Of a DNA stretch of 64,000 bases, positions 1 to 9,753 are shown piece after piece (the first letter of the stretch is position 1; every line of letters begins with the position of its first letter). Source of the stretch: Candidatus Babeliales bacterium (GTDB lineage Bacteria > Babelota > Babeliae > Babelales > JANWKD01); contig CAVXJH010000003.1 of the NCBI GenBank assembly GCA_963762115.1, forward strand, positions 288,001-352,000, written 5' to 3'. The translations under genes and the position numbers were made by a program. Under the pieces are notes generated by a model, which saw only the letters and a program-made list of their open reading frames with translations, had not been told where the DNA came from and ran no database searches.

Positions 1-704
1 CTAACAAAAATATTACAGGATTCTTTGCAATTGCTACCCCTGCAGCGCAAGCCATGAGTGCTCTTGAAAAAGAAAAGCCTATTTTTATTGCCGCGGTAAC
101 TGACCCCAATGCTTTAGGGTTATTACATCCAACAACAAATGTATGTGGTGTTAAAGATATGATTAATGTTAAAGCTGAAATAGAAATGCTTACTCAATTA
201 ATACCTCATGCAAAAACAATTGGTCTCATCTACACTTCAGGAGAAACAAATTCAATTGCTTTAACACAACAAATGCAGGCGGAACTTGAAGCACAAGGAT
301 TAAACCCTGTTAGTTTTGCAATAAGCAATGAATCAGACATACAAGCCATAGTTGAGTTAGCATGTAGAAAAACTGATGTTATCTTGGCTCCGACGGACAA
401 CACCATCGCGTCGGCTATTAGCCTCATTGCAGAAATAACAATCAAAAACAAGAAGCCTTTAATAGTGAGTGATAATATGCTCGTTAAATTTGGCGCACTC
501 GCTGCACGAGGGGTTGATTATAAAGCAAGTGGCAAAAAAGCAGCACAAATCGCTTATGAAGTACTCGTTAACAAAAAAAAGCCACATGAGCTACCCGTTG
601 AACAAGCACAAAGCGAACAAATAGTTATTAATAAAAATACTCTAAAAACTCTCGAATTAACCATTCCTGAGTCTTTAAAAAAACATATTACTTTAATTTC
701 GTAA
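1..704 (+). CDS. ABC transporter substrate-binding protein, Trp/Tyr-binding type (5'-truncated by window edge)
   Basis: Frame is open from the window start (…FAIATPAAQA…); motifs PIFIAAVTDP, APTDNTIAS, GVDYxxSG; paralog of the next gene. Confidence 0.88.
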   Translation, partial: NKNITGFFAIATPAAQAMSALEKEKPIFIAAVTDPNALGLLHPTTNVCGVKDMINVKAEIEMLTQLIPHAKTIGLIYTSGETNSIALTQQMQAELEAQGLNPVSFAISNESDIQAIVELACRKTDVILAPTDNTIASAISLIAEITIKNKKPLIVSDNMLVKFGALAARGVDYKASGKKAAQIAYEVLVNKKKPHELPVEQAQSEQIVINKNTLKTLELTIPESLKKHITLIS

Positions 705-712
705 GGAAAAAT

Positions 713-1672
713 ATGAATTATAAAAAAATTGGATTAATCATTCTAACTCTTATAGCAGTAACAAGCGTTACGCTAGTGATCAGAAAAAAACAACCTACCA
801 TAAAAAATGGTATTACCATAGGCATACTACAAACAGCATCACATCCCTCTCTAGATGAAGCTCGAGAAGGATTTGTTACCCTCATCAAGAAAAAATTAGG
901 GAATAATATTAATTTCATAATTCAAAATGCTCAGGGATCGATTGCTAATGCTCATTCAATTGCTCAGCGCTTTCATGCAAGCAATGGTATTAAAGCCATT
1001 TATGCTATAGCAACTCCTGCCGCACAAGCTATCGCTGCCATTGAAAAAGAAAAACCAATTGTTATAGCAGCCGTAACAGACACAACTCTGTTGCCTAATC
1101 AGTCAAATATTTGTGGTATCAGCGATATGATTGATATACAAAAATTAATTGACATGATACATCAACTCGCACCAAACTTAAAAACTGTGGCACTCCTCTA
1201 TAGTAATGGGGAAGCAAATTCTCTTGTGCAAATTAATCTTATCAAAAATGAGCTAAAAAAAATTAAAATAGATGCACTTGAAATCGGCATTGCACAGGAA
1301 AGCGATATACCAACTGCAGTTTCTATGGCATGTCGTAAATCTGATGCATTGATTTGCCCTGCTGACAACATGCTTGCTTCAGCTATGGAACTTATAGCCT
1401 CTATTGCACTTACCAATAAAAAACCACTTTTTGCCTGCTATAACCAAGCAGTTGTTCAAGGTGCCTTAGCAGCGTATGGAGTTGATTATAAAAATAGCGG
1501 TGAACAAGCAGGAGAAATTACTCTTGCAATACTTACAAAAAACAAAAATCCACGTGATTTTCCACTAGAAAAATCAAAAACTAACAAAATATATATTAAC
1601 AAAAATACGTTAACAACACTTGAATTAACCGTTCCAGAAACATTAAAAAAAGACGTTATTATTTTTGTATAA
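713..1672 (+). CDS. ABC transporter substrate-binding protein (ABC_sub_bind, TrpX/CD0873-like)
   Basis: N-terminal TM anchor; QTASHPSLD, NAQG, IATPAAQA, GVDY motifs; AAGGA RBS. Confidence 0.9.
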   Translation: MNYKKIGLIILTLIAVTSVTLVIRKKQPTIKNGITIGILQTASHPSLDEAREGFVTLIKKKLGNNINFIIQNAQGSIANAHSIAQRFHASNGIKAIYAIATPAAQAIAAIEKEKPIVIAAVTDTTLLPNQSNICGISDMIDIQKLIDMIHQLAPNLKTVALLYSNGEANSLVQINLIKNELKKIKIDALEIGIAQESDIPTAVSMACRKSDALICPADNMLASAMELIASIALTNKKPLFACYNQAVVQGALAAYGVDYKNSGEQAGEITLAILTKNKNPRDFPLEKSKTNKIYINKNTLTTLELTVPETLKKDVIIFV

Positions 1673-1684
1673 AGGAGAAATAAA

Positions 1685-2530
1685 ATGATTGAATTACTAC
1701 AAATAACACAAGGTATTATTGAACGCGGATTAATTTTCGGCATTATTGTTGCAGCGGTGTATCTTGCATCACGGCTTATTAATTTTGATAATTTAGCAGT
1801 TGAAGGCGCTTTTGGACTTGGCGGCGCCATCACTGCTTTCATAATCAGTTATGGAATTAATCCTTGGATTGGCCTCATTGGAGCATCAATTGCTGGTGCC
1901 CTATCAGGCATAGCTACCGGTTTGCTCAATACTAAATTAAAATTGAATGCATTAATAAGCGGCATCGTTGTTACCACAGGATTATTCTCAATCACCTTAA
2001 AAATAGCAGGATCAAACATGACCTTAGGCGGTAACTCAACTATTTTTAAACTCTTGCCTTCCCTATTAGATCCATATGCATCATTACTCCTTTTAACACT
2101 CATATGCATCATATTATTTTCTCTTATTAATTGGTTTTTAAAAACAGAAGTTGGATTCTTGCTGCATGCAGTTGGTGATACACCGCAAATGCTTACTAAC
2201 GTTGGTAAAAGCATAGATGGTTATACAATTTTAGGACTAACGCTCTCTAACACATTAGCAGCATTAAGCGGCGCATTGTTTGTTCAATATGCCGGTTATT
2301 TTTCAATTTGGGCCAGCGTTGGCGTTTTAATTATCGGATTGGCTGGCATGATACTAGCCCAAACCTTCAGTGCAAGCTTTGGAGTTGCCATTCTAATCGG
2401 CTCCATTGCCTACCAAGCAATTATTGCACTTACTTTTGAATTACAACTTGATCAAGATTGGAACAAATTAATTACAGCATTACTTATTGTTCTCTTACTC
2501 ATAATAAAACAACAACTCAATAAAAAATAA
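1685..2530 (+). CDS. ABC transporter permease (BPD_transp_2 type)
   Basis: Multi-TM protein; FDNLAVEGAFGLGGA; GLTLSNTLAALSGALFVQ; in operon with SBPs and ATPase. Confidence 0.9.
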   Translation: MIELLQITQGIIERGLIFGIIVAAVYLASRLINFDNLAVEGAFGLGGAITAFIISYGINPWIGLIGASIAGALSGIATGLLNTKLKLNALISGIVVTTGLFSITLKIAGSNMTLGGNSTIFKLLPSLLDPYASLLLLTLICIILFSLINWFLKTEVGFLLHAVGDTPQMLTNVGKSIDGYTILGLTLSNTLAALSGALFVQYAGYFSIWASVGVLIIGLAGMILAQTFSASFGVAILIGSIAYQAIIALTFELQLDQDWNKLITALLIVLLLIIKQQLNKK

Positions 2531-2540
2531 GGTAATAACC

Positions 2541-3290
2541 ATGTTAAAACTTAAAAATATTAATGTATCATTTGGCAATAACCATATTTTACGTAATCTT
2601 TCTTGCGATGTGCAACCAGGCGATTTCATTGTCATTGTAGGAGCCAATGGCGCAGGGAAAAGCACTTTTTTTGATACCATTGCCGGTAAAATCAAACCCA
2701 AAAATGGCTCAATCACCCTTGATAATGCTGATATAACTCAATTAAATGAGCAGCAAAGATCTGGTATGATTACCCGCATTTTTCAAAACACACGCTTAAA
2801 TTCAGTAGGATCATTCACCGTAAAACAAAATCTTGCTATAGCACAATATAGCCGCCGCAATGCACGCCTTGTTAACGGCATGCAAGCAATGCCCAACGAG
2901 CGAGCAGAACAATTAATACTAAATCTCGGTATGGATCCTTCCATTTTAGAAAAACCTATGAATGCACTATCAGGCGGCCAAAGACAACTTATTGCCTTTG
3001 TGATGGCAACGCAACTCACCCCTAAAATACTCTTACTTGACGAGCCTACTGCAGCCCTTGATCCTCAAGCTGCTACAAAACTTCTTCACTATGCCGCACA
3101 ATTTATTAAACAACATCATATCACTACCTTATTGATAACTCATGATCCACATATTGCCCTAAATATAGGTAATAAAATTTGGATTTTAGAAAATGGTACA
3201 ATTTCCAGACAATTTTCATCAGAGGAAAAGAAAAATTTAAATCCTGATAAACTTATTGGCCAAATTGATTATGAAAAAATTGCTCAATAG
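2541..3290 (+). CDS. ABC transporter ATP-binding protein
   Basis: Walker A GANGAGKS, signature LSGGQ, Walker B LLLDEP, H-loop ITHD. Confidence 0.95.
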   Translation: MLKLKNINVSFGNNHILRNLSCDVQPGDFIVIVGANGAGKSTFFDTIAGKIKPKNGSITLDNADITQLNEQQRSGMITRIFQNTRLNSVGSFTVKQNLAIAQYSRRNARLVNGMQAMPNERAEQLILNLGMDPSILEKPMNALSGGQRQLIAFVMATQLTPKILLLDEPTAALDPQAATKLLHYAAQFIKQHHITTLLITHDPHIALNIGNKIWILENGTISRQFSSEEKKNLNPDKLIGQIDYEKIAQ

Positions 3291-3408
3291 AGATAAAACG
3301 TGTTTTTATAATATTTAACGTCAATTTGAAACATTTGTTACAATTTTTTATTTTTATGGTGCTATTTTAATAGTAGTTATTTATTTATTACTTTATAAGG
3401 AGTTAATC

Positions 3409-3561
3409 ATGTTATCCAACATGCAAACTAATAATTTCACTCAATCCCCCCAGGGGTCTTCTCAAAGATCTTTACGTGCTTTCCCTGCACTTTTTTCCCC
3501 TTCAATCATCACCCCTGATTCTAGCTTTTATTACCTATCTTTTTATTATTATTGCGTCTAA
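3409..3561 (+). CDS. Unannotated 50-aa peptide with Tyr/Phe-rich C-terminus (leader peptide or precursor candidate)
   Basis: TAAGGAG RBS 7 nt before ATG 3409; MLSNMQTNNFTQSPQGSSQRSLRAFPALFSPSIITPDSSFYYLSFYYYCV*; below ORF-track size cutoff. Confidence 0.55.
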   Translation: MLSNMQTNNFTQSPQGSSQRSLRAFPALFSPSIITPDSSFYYLSFYYYCV

Positions 3562-3747
3562 CGCAATAATAATCTCACAAATTACTAAATATTTATTTTT
3601 AAACATTTTTAGATTTATCCAATATTTCTTTATAACAATTTTGCATCATCTAAAAAAATAATATTTTTTAGTAAATTTATTTTTTATAATTACCATTTTT
3701 CAAATTTATTTTAACTATAAAATTTAAACCTAATAAGGAAGCACTTT

Positions 3748-4764
3748 ATGCATTTAAAAAATATTTTTATATTAGTATTAATAGCTATTTCTATCTTGAG
3801 TTGTTTTCATAGCTATAAAAAAAGAAATAACAAAAACACACTTGCTCAGAAAATCTATACGATATTTGAACAGCACTTAGTCACCTATGATATTGATGAG
3901 CGGAGTATTAGCGCGAATGTAGATACAAACGACCAACCTATATCAGGACAACAACTTTTTATCAATCAGATTTGCAAGCATATGCAGACACACAAACCAA
4001 TTACAATGCTCTTAATTGGATTTCCTTTCAAAGCCGTTAATACTGAAAAAAAAGTTATTAGTAGATTACCCGATATGGCAGAACGAAGATCACTTGAATA
4101 CCTACAAACGATGCTGGATAAGATCAAGTTGGTTTATGAACCTGGTGCACAAATAACAATTTTTTGTGATGGCGTTCAATTTGCCGAATTTTTTGAAATA
4201 CCACTCGAAGATGTAGAGCATTATGAACAAACACTAAAAATACTCATAAAGGACTTACCGAATATTAAGCTTTACTGCTCAGCAGAATTTATCGAAGATA
4301 ACAATCTAAATCATGCATCAGAAATTAATACTGTTATCGATCAATATGACCCTAGTACCGAAAATTTCAAAAAAAATTTACCACCAATACTAGAGCTTGC
4401 CAAAAGGCGCATTAGTTTGGATTTTGATTGCAAAAAAAGCAAAAAAGTCTTGGAACATCATTCGCTTGATTCTATTGTCATTGATTTATTAGCACGTGAA
4501 GCAAGGTTACGCAATTATATTACTAAAATGTTTCCAGCTGAAAAATTCATTCGTCTAACCGTACATTTCTCTCAGGATATAAGCAAAAAATTTGGCATAA
4601 AAGTTTCACCTTCGTCATACATTACGCCTTATCATGGAGTACTTGTACAAGACAAAAATAACAATTGGAAAATTCAATTTAAAAAAGATGTTGACACGAC
4701 TAAATACAAAATAACATCAACAATGATTAACGGCATTCGATGCCCATATTTTATAGAAATTTAA
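3748..4764 (+). CDS. PvcA/Dit1-family (Tyr/Trp) isonitrile synthase homologue with N-terminal signal/anchor
   Basis: Family motifs GFPFKAVN, RLPDMAE, IFCDG, IRLTVH, TPYHG. Confidence 0.82.
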   Translation: MHLKNIFILVLIAISILSCFHSYKKRNNKNTLAQKIYTIFEQHLVTYDIDERSISANVDTNDQPISGQQLFINQICKHMQTHKPITMLLIGFPFKAVNTEKKVISRLPDMAERRSLEYLQTMLDKIKLVYEPGAQITIFCDGVQFAEFFEIPLEDVEHYEQTLKILIKDLPNIKLYCSAEFIEDNNLNHASEINTVIDQYDPSTENFKKNLPPILELAKRRISLDFDCKKSKKVLEHHSLDSIVIDLLAREARLRNYITKMFPAEKFIRLTVHFSQDISKKFGIKVSPSSYITPYHGVLVQDKNNNWKIQFKKDVDTTKYKITSTMINGIRCPYFIEI

Positions 4765-4799
4765 TTTTTATTTTTACCATTAAAGTTAAGGAAATAATC

Positions 4800-6065
4800 A
4801 TGCTTTGTTTTAAAAAAATTCATATTATTATTACATCTCTACTTATTACTTCTTCATCACTTATTGGCATGGAAGATGGATTTTCCGACCAGACCACTAT
4901 TAAACAATTCGATCAAGAAAATTTTAACTTCCCCCTCATACATCCCATTCCACAACAATTAAGAAACCTTCCAGAAGCATTCATGCGTTATGTTAACCAA
5001 CTTCCACGCATAACCATGGATAATGGTTCTATTGAAATTGAAAGCACTATCACTGAATTTATTTGTAAATTTAGCAATAGCCATAATCCTATAACAGGCA
5101 AAGAAGTACTTATAGAAAAAATAAGGCGTAACATTAATCAAGGATCGCCAATCTCATTCATGCTTTTAGGATTTCCCATAAAATCCCCTAATTCTGATAG
5201 CAAAGTAATTGCCCCATCATTAGATATGGCAGAACTTTGTGCACTTCTTACGCTTAACCATATTGCTAAAGAAATCGAAACTGTGTACTCATCTGGCGCT
5301 CAAATCAAACTTTGTACAAGAGAGCCGTTCATATTTGATTTCAATAATGCAGCAAAAAAAGGCGGGGGCATCGAACTTTTCTCAGAAGAAAAAGTTGAAA
5401 AATACCAGAGACAACTAAAAAGTCTTGTTGACTATTTTTTTCCCACTTTGCAAATAGATAATATAAGTGATATTAGGCAACTCTATAATGAAAAATATGC
5501 TCATGAACCCGCAGCAATTAATAAATCTGATAAGGCTAACTATAGTGTGTTTATGCAAGAAGAAATTAGATATGAAGCCTTTTTAGATTCGCTAAGAACA
5601 GAAGTATTGGCTAATAATGATATGGTTAGAGCATCTGTTAATAAAAAATTTAAAGAGGCGCAAGGTCATAATTTCATGAGTATGAAACAACATTTTGATC
5701 TCAGTACAATAGAAAAAATAAAAAAACTCATACCCATCAACGCTGAAATTAAAAAAATTGCCGAAGCCCTTAGCGTTCATGCTGCTCTTGGGGCCATACG
5801 AATGCGCAAATTAATTGAAGAAAACTATGCCACTGAAAATTATATACGCCTTTCGATTCATCCAAGCAAAGACGGTGATGTAAGTCAAAAATTAGGAATC
5901 AATCTTATTCCAGGATCAACATTAACACCTTGGCATGCGGCAGCAGTGGTTACCCGCGAAGGCATGGTTACTTTAAAACACACAAAAGAAGTTAAAAAAA
6001 AGGCGGTAAAACATTACACTACAGCCCATAACCTTAATCTTGCGTACCTAGAGGAAAACTTATGA
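4800..6065 (+). CDS. Second PvcA/Dit1-family homologue with signal peptide
   Basis: GFPIKSPN, LDMAE, IRLSIHP, TPWHA; start moved to ATG 4800 (AAGGA RBS, MLCFKKIHIIITSLLITSSSLIG signal). Confidence 0.78.
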   Translation: MLCFKKIHIIITSLLITSSSLIGMEDGFSDQTTIKQFDQENFNFPLIHPIPQQLRNLPEAFMRYVNQLPRITMDNGSIEIESTITEFICKFSNSHNPITGKEVLIEKIRRNINQGSPISFMLLGFPIKSPNSDSKVIAPSLDMAELCALLTLNHIAKEIETVYSSGAQIKLCTREPFIFDFNNAAKKGGGIELFSEEKVEKYQRQLKSLVDYFFPTLQIDNISDIRQLYNEKYAHEPAAINKSDKANYSVFMQEEIRYEAFLDSLRTEVLANNDMVRASVNKKFKEAQGHNFMSMKQHFDLSTIEKIKKLIPINAEIKKIAEALSVHAALGAIRMRKLIEENYATENYIRLSIHPSKDGDVSQKLGINLIPGSTLTPWHAAAVVTREGMVTLKHTKEVKKKAVKHYTTAHNLNLAYLEENL

Positions 6066-6138
6066 CCTTCCCATTCACCACAAAACGGGTTAGACTACGT
6101 TAAAAAAAGTAGGTATACATTAAAAAAGTGAGAAATAC

Positions 6139-7686
6139 ATGAAGCACAAAAAAATCATATCGATAATCACAACGCTTTTATTTAGCTTATTTTTATCAGT
6201 ACAAGCTGATAACAGCTTTGATGATCATCGGGAAACATTCGGAAAAACTTTTTTCAATCCACGCTCACCAAGCTTAAATAAAGCACAAGAATCATCCGGC
6301 GTTGCTCGCTTTATGTGGCCTTCGCAAGATTGCACTATTAACGGATTTGCTTCAGTAGCTTCTGAATTTGCTATTTCTTTCAACAAGAATGCCGTTGGGC
6401 AATATATTTTTTTCAATGGTTCAAGCACCATGAAAACAGGAACCGCTGCAGGACCAGGTGTTGATATTTTTGGCCCAAACTTTTTACTCAATGATAATTT
6501 TACCGATGCCATCACTGCACGGCCACAAGTAAAAACAGAGGTCATAGATTTCAGTTTTTATGCACAATTAGATTCAATTTTAGATGGTCTCTATATTATT
6601 GCTCATGTACCCATATGTTGGGCTCATTGGGGAGTTGATTTAATTGAAAGTAACAGTTTTGTCGGAACCACAATTGGAGCACAAGAACTTGGTAATCCAA
6701 TAGCAACACAAGCACCCTTTAATTCTTTAATCGATGCTTGGAATGGACAAGCAACTTTTTTTGACGTCAAACAACCTATGAACTATGCACGAATTGATGG
6801 CATACAAAAAAAATTCAAAGGCGGCGATGTTGAAGTCGCTCTTGGTTACACTTTCATACAAGATGAATGCAATTATATTAGCTTAAATGCCCGCGGAATA
6901 TTCCCCACCAGCAACAGACCTGAAGCTATCTTTTTGTTTGAACCATGCACAGGAAATTTTCATCATTATGAAGTCGGGTTTGGCATTCTTGCTGGATCAG
7001 AGTTATGGTATTGCGATAACAACAAAACATTACATGGATTTGTTAATGCGAATCTCTATCACTCCTGCAAAACACGACAAAAAAGAACATTTGATTTAAA
7101 AGAAAATGGCCCTGGAAGTCGTTATTTACTCTTTAAAAAATTTGATAGCACCGGACACTATGCAGGAGAAATCGTCCGCGGACCAAATATACTCACTCTT
7201 GATATAAATACCCATAATATGGCGCATGGCGATGCGGTATTTATGCTTGATTATAATCAAAAAGGATTCAACTGGAACATTGGTTATAATATTTGGGGGC
7301 GAACACGCGATGAAATTACCCTGAATCAAACCATACCCGAAGCAACCTATGGCATTGCAGGGCTAACCGGAACGGATCCCGCTAAGGATAGAAATAGAAC
7401 TGCCAGCAAAACAACAATAAGTGGCGAAAATGCCTCTGATCCTGATGGTGGCACAATGGGCTCATTTCTTAATAATGTTTACCTCACCACTGATGATATC
7501 AATATCAGGTCTGCAGCCCATCCTGGGTGCTTTACGCATGGTATTTTCACCTATGTTGGCTATGTTTGGGACTGCTTTGCCCTGGCTCCTTTTATGGGCA
7601 TTGGCACTGAAGTCGAGTTTTCAGGTTCAGGAAACGATGCTTTCAGAATGTGGCACGTTTGGGGAAAACTGGGTTTAAGCTTTTAA
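6139..7686 (+). CDS. Exported protein, probable outer-membrane beta-barrel
   Basis: Signal peptide ending VQA; alternating aromatic strands; C-terminal WGKLGLSF; GGD…FPT motif shared with 39371..40636. Confidence 0.6.
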   Translation: MKHKKIISIITTLLFSLFLSVQADNSFDDHRETFGKTFFNPRSPSLNKAQESSGVARFMWPSQDCTINGFASVASEFAISFNKNAVGQYIFFNGSSTMKTGTAAGPGVDIFGPNFLLNDNFTDAITARPQVKTEVIDFSFYAQLDSILDGLYIIAHVPICWAHWGVDLIESNSFVGTTIGAQELGNPIATQAPFNSLIDAWNGQATFFDVKQPMNYARIDGIQKKFKGGDVEVALGYTFIQDECNYISLNARGIFPTSNRPEAIFLFEPCTGNFHHYEVGFGILAGSELWYCDNNKTLHGFVNANLYHSCKTRQKRTFDLKENGPGSRYLLFKKFDSTGHYAGEIVRGPNILTLDINTHNMAHGDAVFMLDYNQKGFNWNIGYNIWGRTRDEITLNQTIPEATYGIAGLTGTDPAKDRNRTASKTTISGENASDPDGGTMGSFLNNVYLTTDDINIRSAAHPGCFTHGIFTYVGYVWDCFALAPFMGIGTEVEFSGSGNDAFRMWHVWGKLGLSF

Positions 7687-7885
7687 TTCATTACGTATAC
7701 CATTTTTCAAAATCTAATCATTTCAGGGTATTTACAGCCAAAAACATTTCAGATTGAATAGAATAATTAAAAAAATATTGATTTTTAGATTCTAATTGTG
7801 CAATACTGAGAATTGTCCATACAAGCGTACGTTGTAGCGGACATATGTAGTAAAAACAATTTAACCTTTATTAAAGGAGAATCTA

Positions 7886-8155
7886 ATGAAAAAGCTTTTA
7901 TTAGTTACCTTATTTACCCTAGGTTTAGGCTTAGCGGTTGTTGATGCAGACGCTCGTTATAGAAATTCAAACTGTGGTACATGTGCAAGATCATGTGAAA
8001 CAGCTTGTGAAGTTATTGAAGAACCACGCCCAACTCCACCTTGCTGTTTAACAGCGGTCGAAGTTCCTGCTAAAGCAGTTAAACACATCAGCTGGTCATA
8101 TTACTGTCCTAAAGGTTGTAGATCAACCGGCGGAGAAAGTAGCTTCATGGAGTAA
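7886..8155 (+). CDS. Small exported cysteine-rich protein
   Basis: AAAGGAG RBS; signal peptide ending ADA; 8 Cys in the ~66-aa mature part. Confidence 0.75.
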   Translation: MKKLLLVTLFTLGLGLAVVDADARYRNSNCGTCARSCETACEVIEEPRPTPPCCLTAVEVPAKAVKHISWSYYCPKGCRSTGGESSFME

Positions 8156-8190
8156 TTTGTGCTCTTAGAGCATATTTATCTAGTATCTTA

Positions 8191-8226
8191 AAAATAGCGT
8201 CGAGAAATCGGCGCTATTTTCTTTTA
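8191..8226 (+). terminator. Intrinsic terminator
   Basis: AAAATAGCGTCGA-gaaa-TCGGCGCTATTTT hairpin followed by T-rich tract. Confidence 0.75.
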
Positions 8227-8291
8227 AAAAAATCTATTTTATCTTTCGCACTAAGGCGTTATACTATAAAAAACATTAAAAAAATCTCAAA

Positions 8292-9668
8292 ATGGAACAT
8301 CATTTTATGGCAGACAACGTCGGTTATCAATCAAAAACGTGGCATTCAACATCGCCTCACAAAAGCCTTGAAGAAGTTCATAAATCAATAACCATTAACA
8401 AAAACGCTTCATTTTTTAAAAAACTATTAGCATTCACGGGACCAGGTTATCTCGTTGCGGTGGGTTATATGGATCCTGGCAATTGGGCAACCGATTTGGC
8501 CGGTGGATCAAAATTTGCTTATTCATTGTTATCAGTCATTTTAATGTCAAATTGCATGGCAATTATTTTGCAATATTTGGCACTCAAATTGGGAATTGTC
8601 ACCGGACGCGATCTCGCGCAAGCATGTCGTGATCATTATTCTCGTCCACTCTCAATTTTCTTATGGATTTTAGCTGAAATAGCAATTATCGCGTGTGATC
8701 TTGCTGAAATTATTGGCTCAGCACTTGCATTAAATCTTCTCTTCAACATACCTCTTGTTGCAGGTGTCACGGTAACTGCATTAGATGTTTTCTTGTTATT
8801 ACTGCTACAACATCGCAGTTTTCGTTACTTAGAATGCATTGTTATCATATTGATTTTTACCATTTTAAGCTGCTTTGCAATCAATATCTTTTTATCATCA
8901 CCTTGTTTATCCGAGCTAATGCTTGGTTTCATACCAACAACACAACTCATTACTGACCCTGAAATGCTGTATATTGCCGTGGGAATTTTGGGCGCAACGG
9001 TCATGCCTCATAATCTTTACTTACATTCTTCAGTTGTTCAAACACGTTCATATGAAGAAAATGATGGAGCAAAAAAAGAGGCTATTTTTTTTAGCACAAT
9101 TGATTCAACCGTTGCTCTCTGTTTAGCTTTTTTAGTAAATGCAGGAATACTCATTGTTGCTGCAGCTGTTTTTCACACGCGAGGCATGCATGAAATTGCC
9201 GAAATTCAAGATGCTTATCAATTATTAACCCCTCTTCTAGGCACACAAACGGCAAGCATCGTTTTTGCCCTCGCCTTATTAGCTTCCGGACAAAATGCTA
9301 CCATAACGGGCACTTTAGCTGGTCAAATTATCATGGAAGGGTTTACCAAAATTCATATGCACCCTTGGCTGAGAAGATTCATCAGCAGAAGCTTGGCAAT
9401 CGTACCTGCCATCATTGTTGTTTGGTATTTTGGACAAAATGGCTTAGCACAATTACTACTTTTTAGCCAAGTCATTTTAAGTTTACAACTACCCTTTGCT
9501 GTTTTTCCTTTAGTAAAATTCACCAGCCAATCTGATAAAATGGGCATTTTTGCCAATTCAACCCTATTATATATAACTGCTTATTGCATTGCTTTTATCA
9601 TTGCTGCTTTAAATATATGGTTATTGTATAGCACATGCATTATTTTTCTCCCTCAATTATTGCAATAA
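8292..9668 (+). CDS. mntH: Nramp-family Mn2+/Fe2+ transporter
   Basis: YMDPGNW (TM1) and ATVMPHNLYLHS (TM6) signatures. Confidence 0.95.
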   Translation: MEHHFMADNVGYQSKTWHSTSPHKSLEEVHKSITINKNASFFKKLLAFTGPGYLVAVGYMDPGNWATDLAGGSKFAYSLLSVILMSNCMAIILQYLALKLGIVTGRDLAQACRDHYSRPLSIFLWILAEIAIIACDLAEIIGSALALNLLFNIPLVAGVTVTALDVFLLLLLQHRSFRYLECIVIILIFTILSCFAINIFLSSPCLSELMLGFIPTTQLITDPEMLYIAVGILGATVMPHNLYLHSSVVQTRSYEENDGAKKEAIFFSTIDSTVALCLAFLVNAGILIVAAAVFHTRGMHEIAEIQDAYQLLTPLLGTQTASIVFALALLASGQNATITGTLAGQIIMEGFTKIHMHPWLRRFISRSLAIVPAIIVVWYFGQNGLAQLLLFSQVILSLQLPFAVFPLVKFTSQSDKMGIFANSTLLYITAYCIAFIIAALNIWLLYSTCIIFLPQLLQ

Positions 9669-9753
9669 ATAAACCCCACCTTAGGCTTTAGACCAAAGAT
9701 GAGGTTTATTTAATCAAAATAATGGATCTTACAAAAAAATTATTATGAATATA

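Noticed and set aside
3476..3661. 61-aa hydrophobic ORF
   Set aside because: GTG start without RBS, AT-rich composition, overlaps the RBS-supported ORF at 3409
7970..8010. CxxCxxxCxxxC resembling SCIFF/ranthipeptide precursors or an Fe-S motif
   Set aside because: The protein has a Sec signal peptide and no radical-SAM maturase is in the window
8227..8306. Mn riboswitch (yybP-ykoY) or MntR box upstream of mntH
   Set aside because: The leader is short and AT-rich with no recognisable structure
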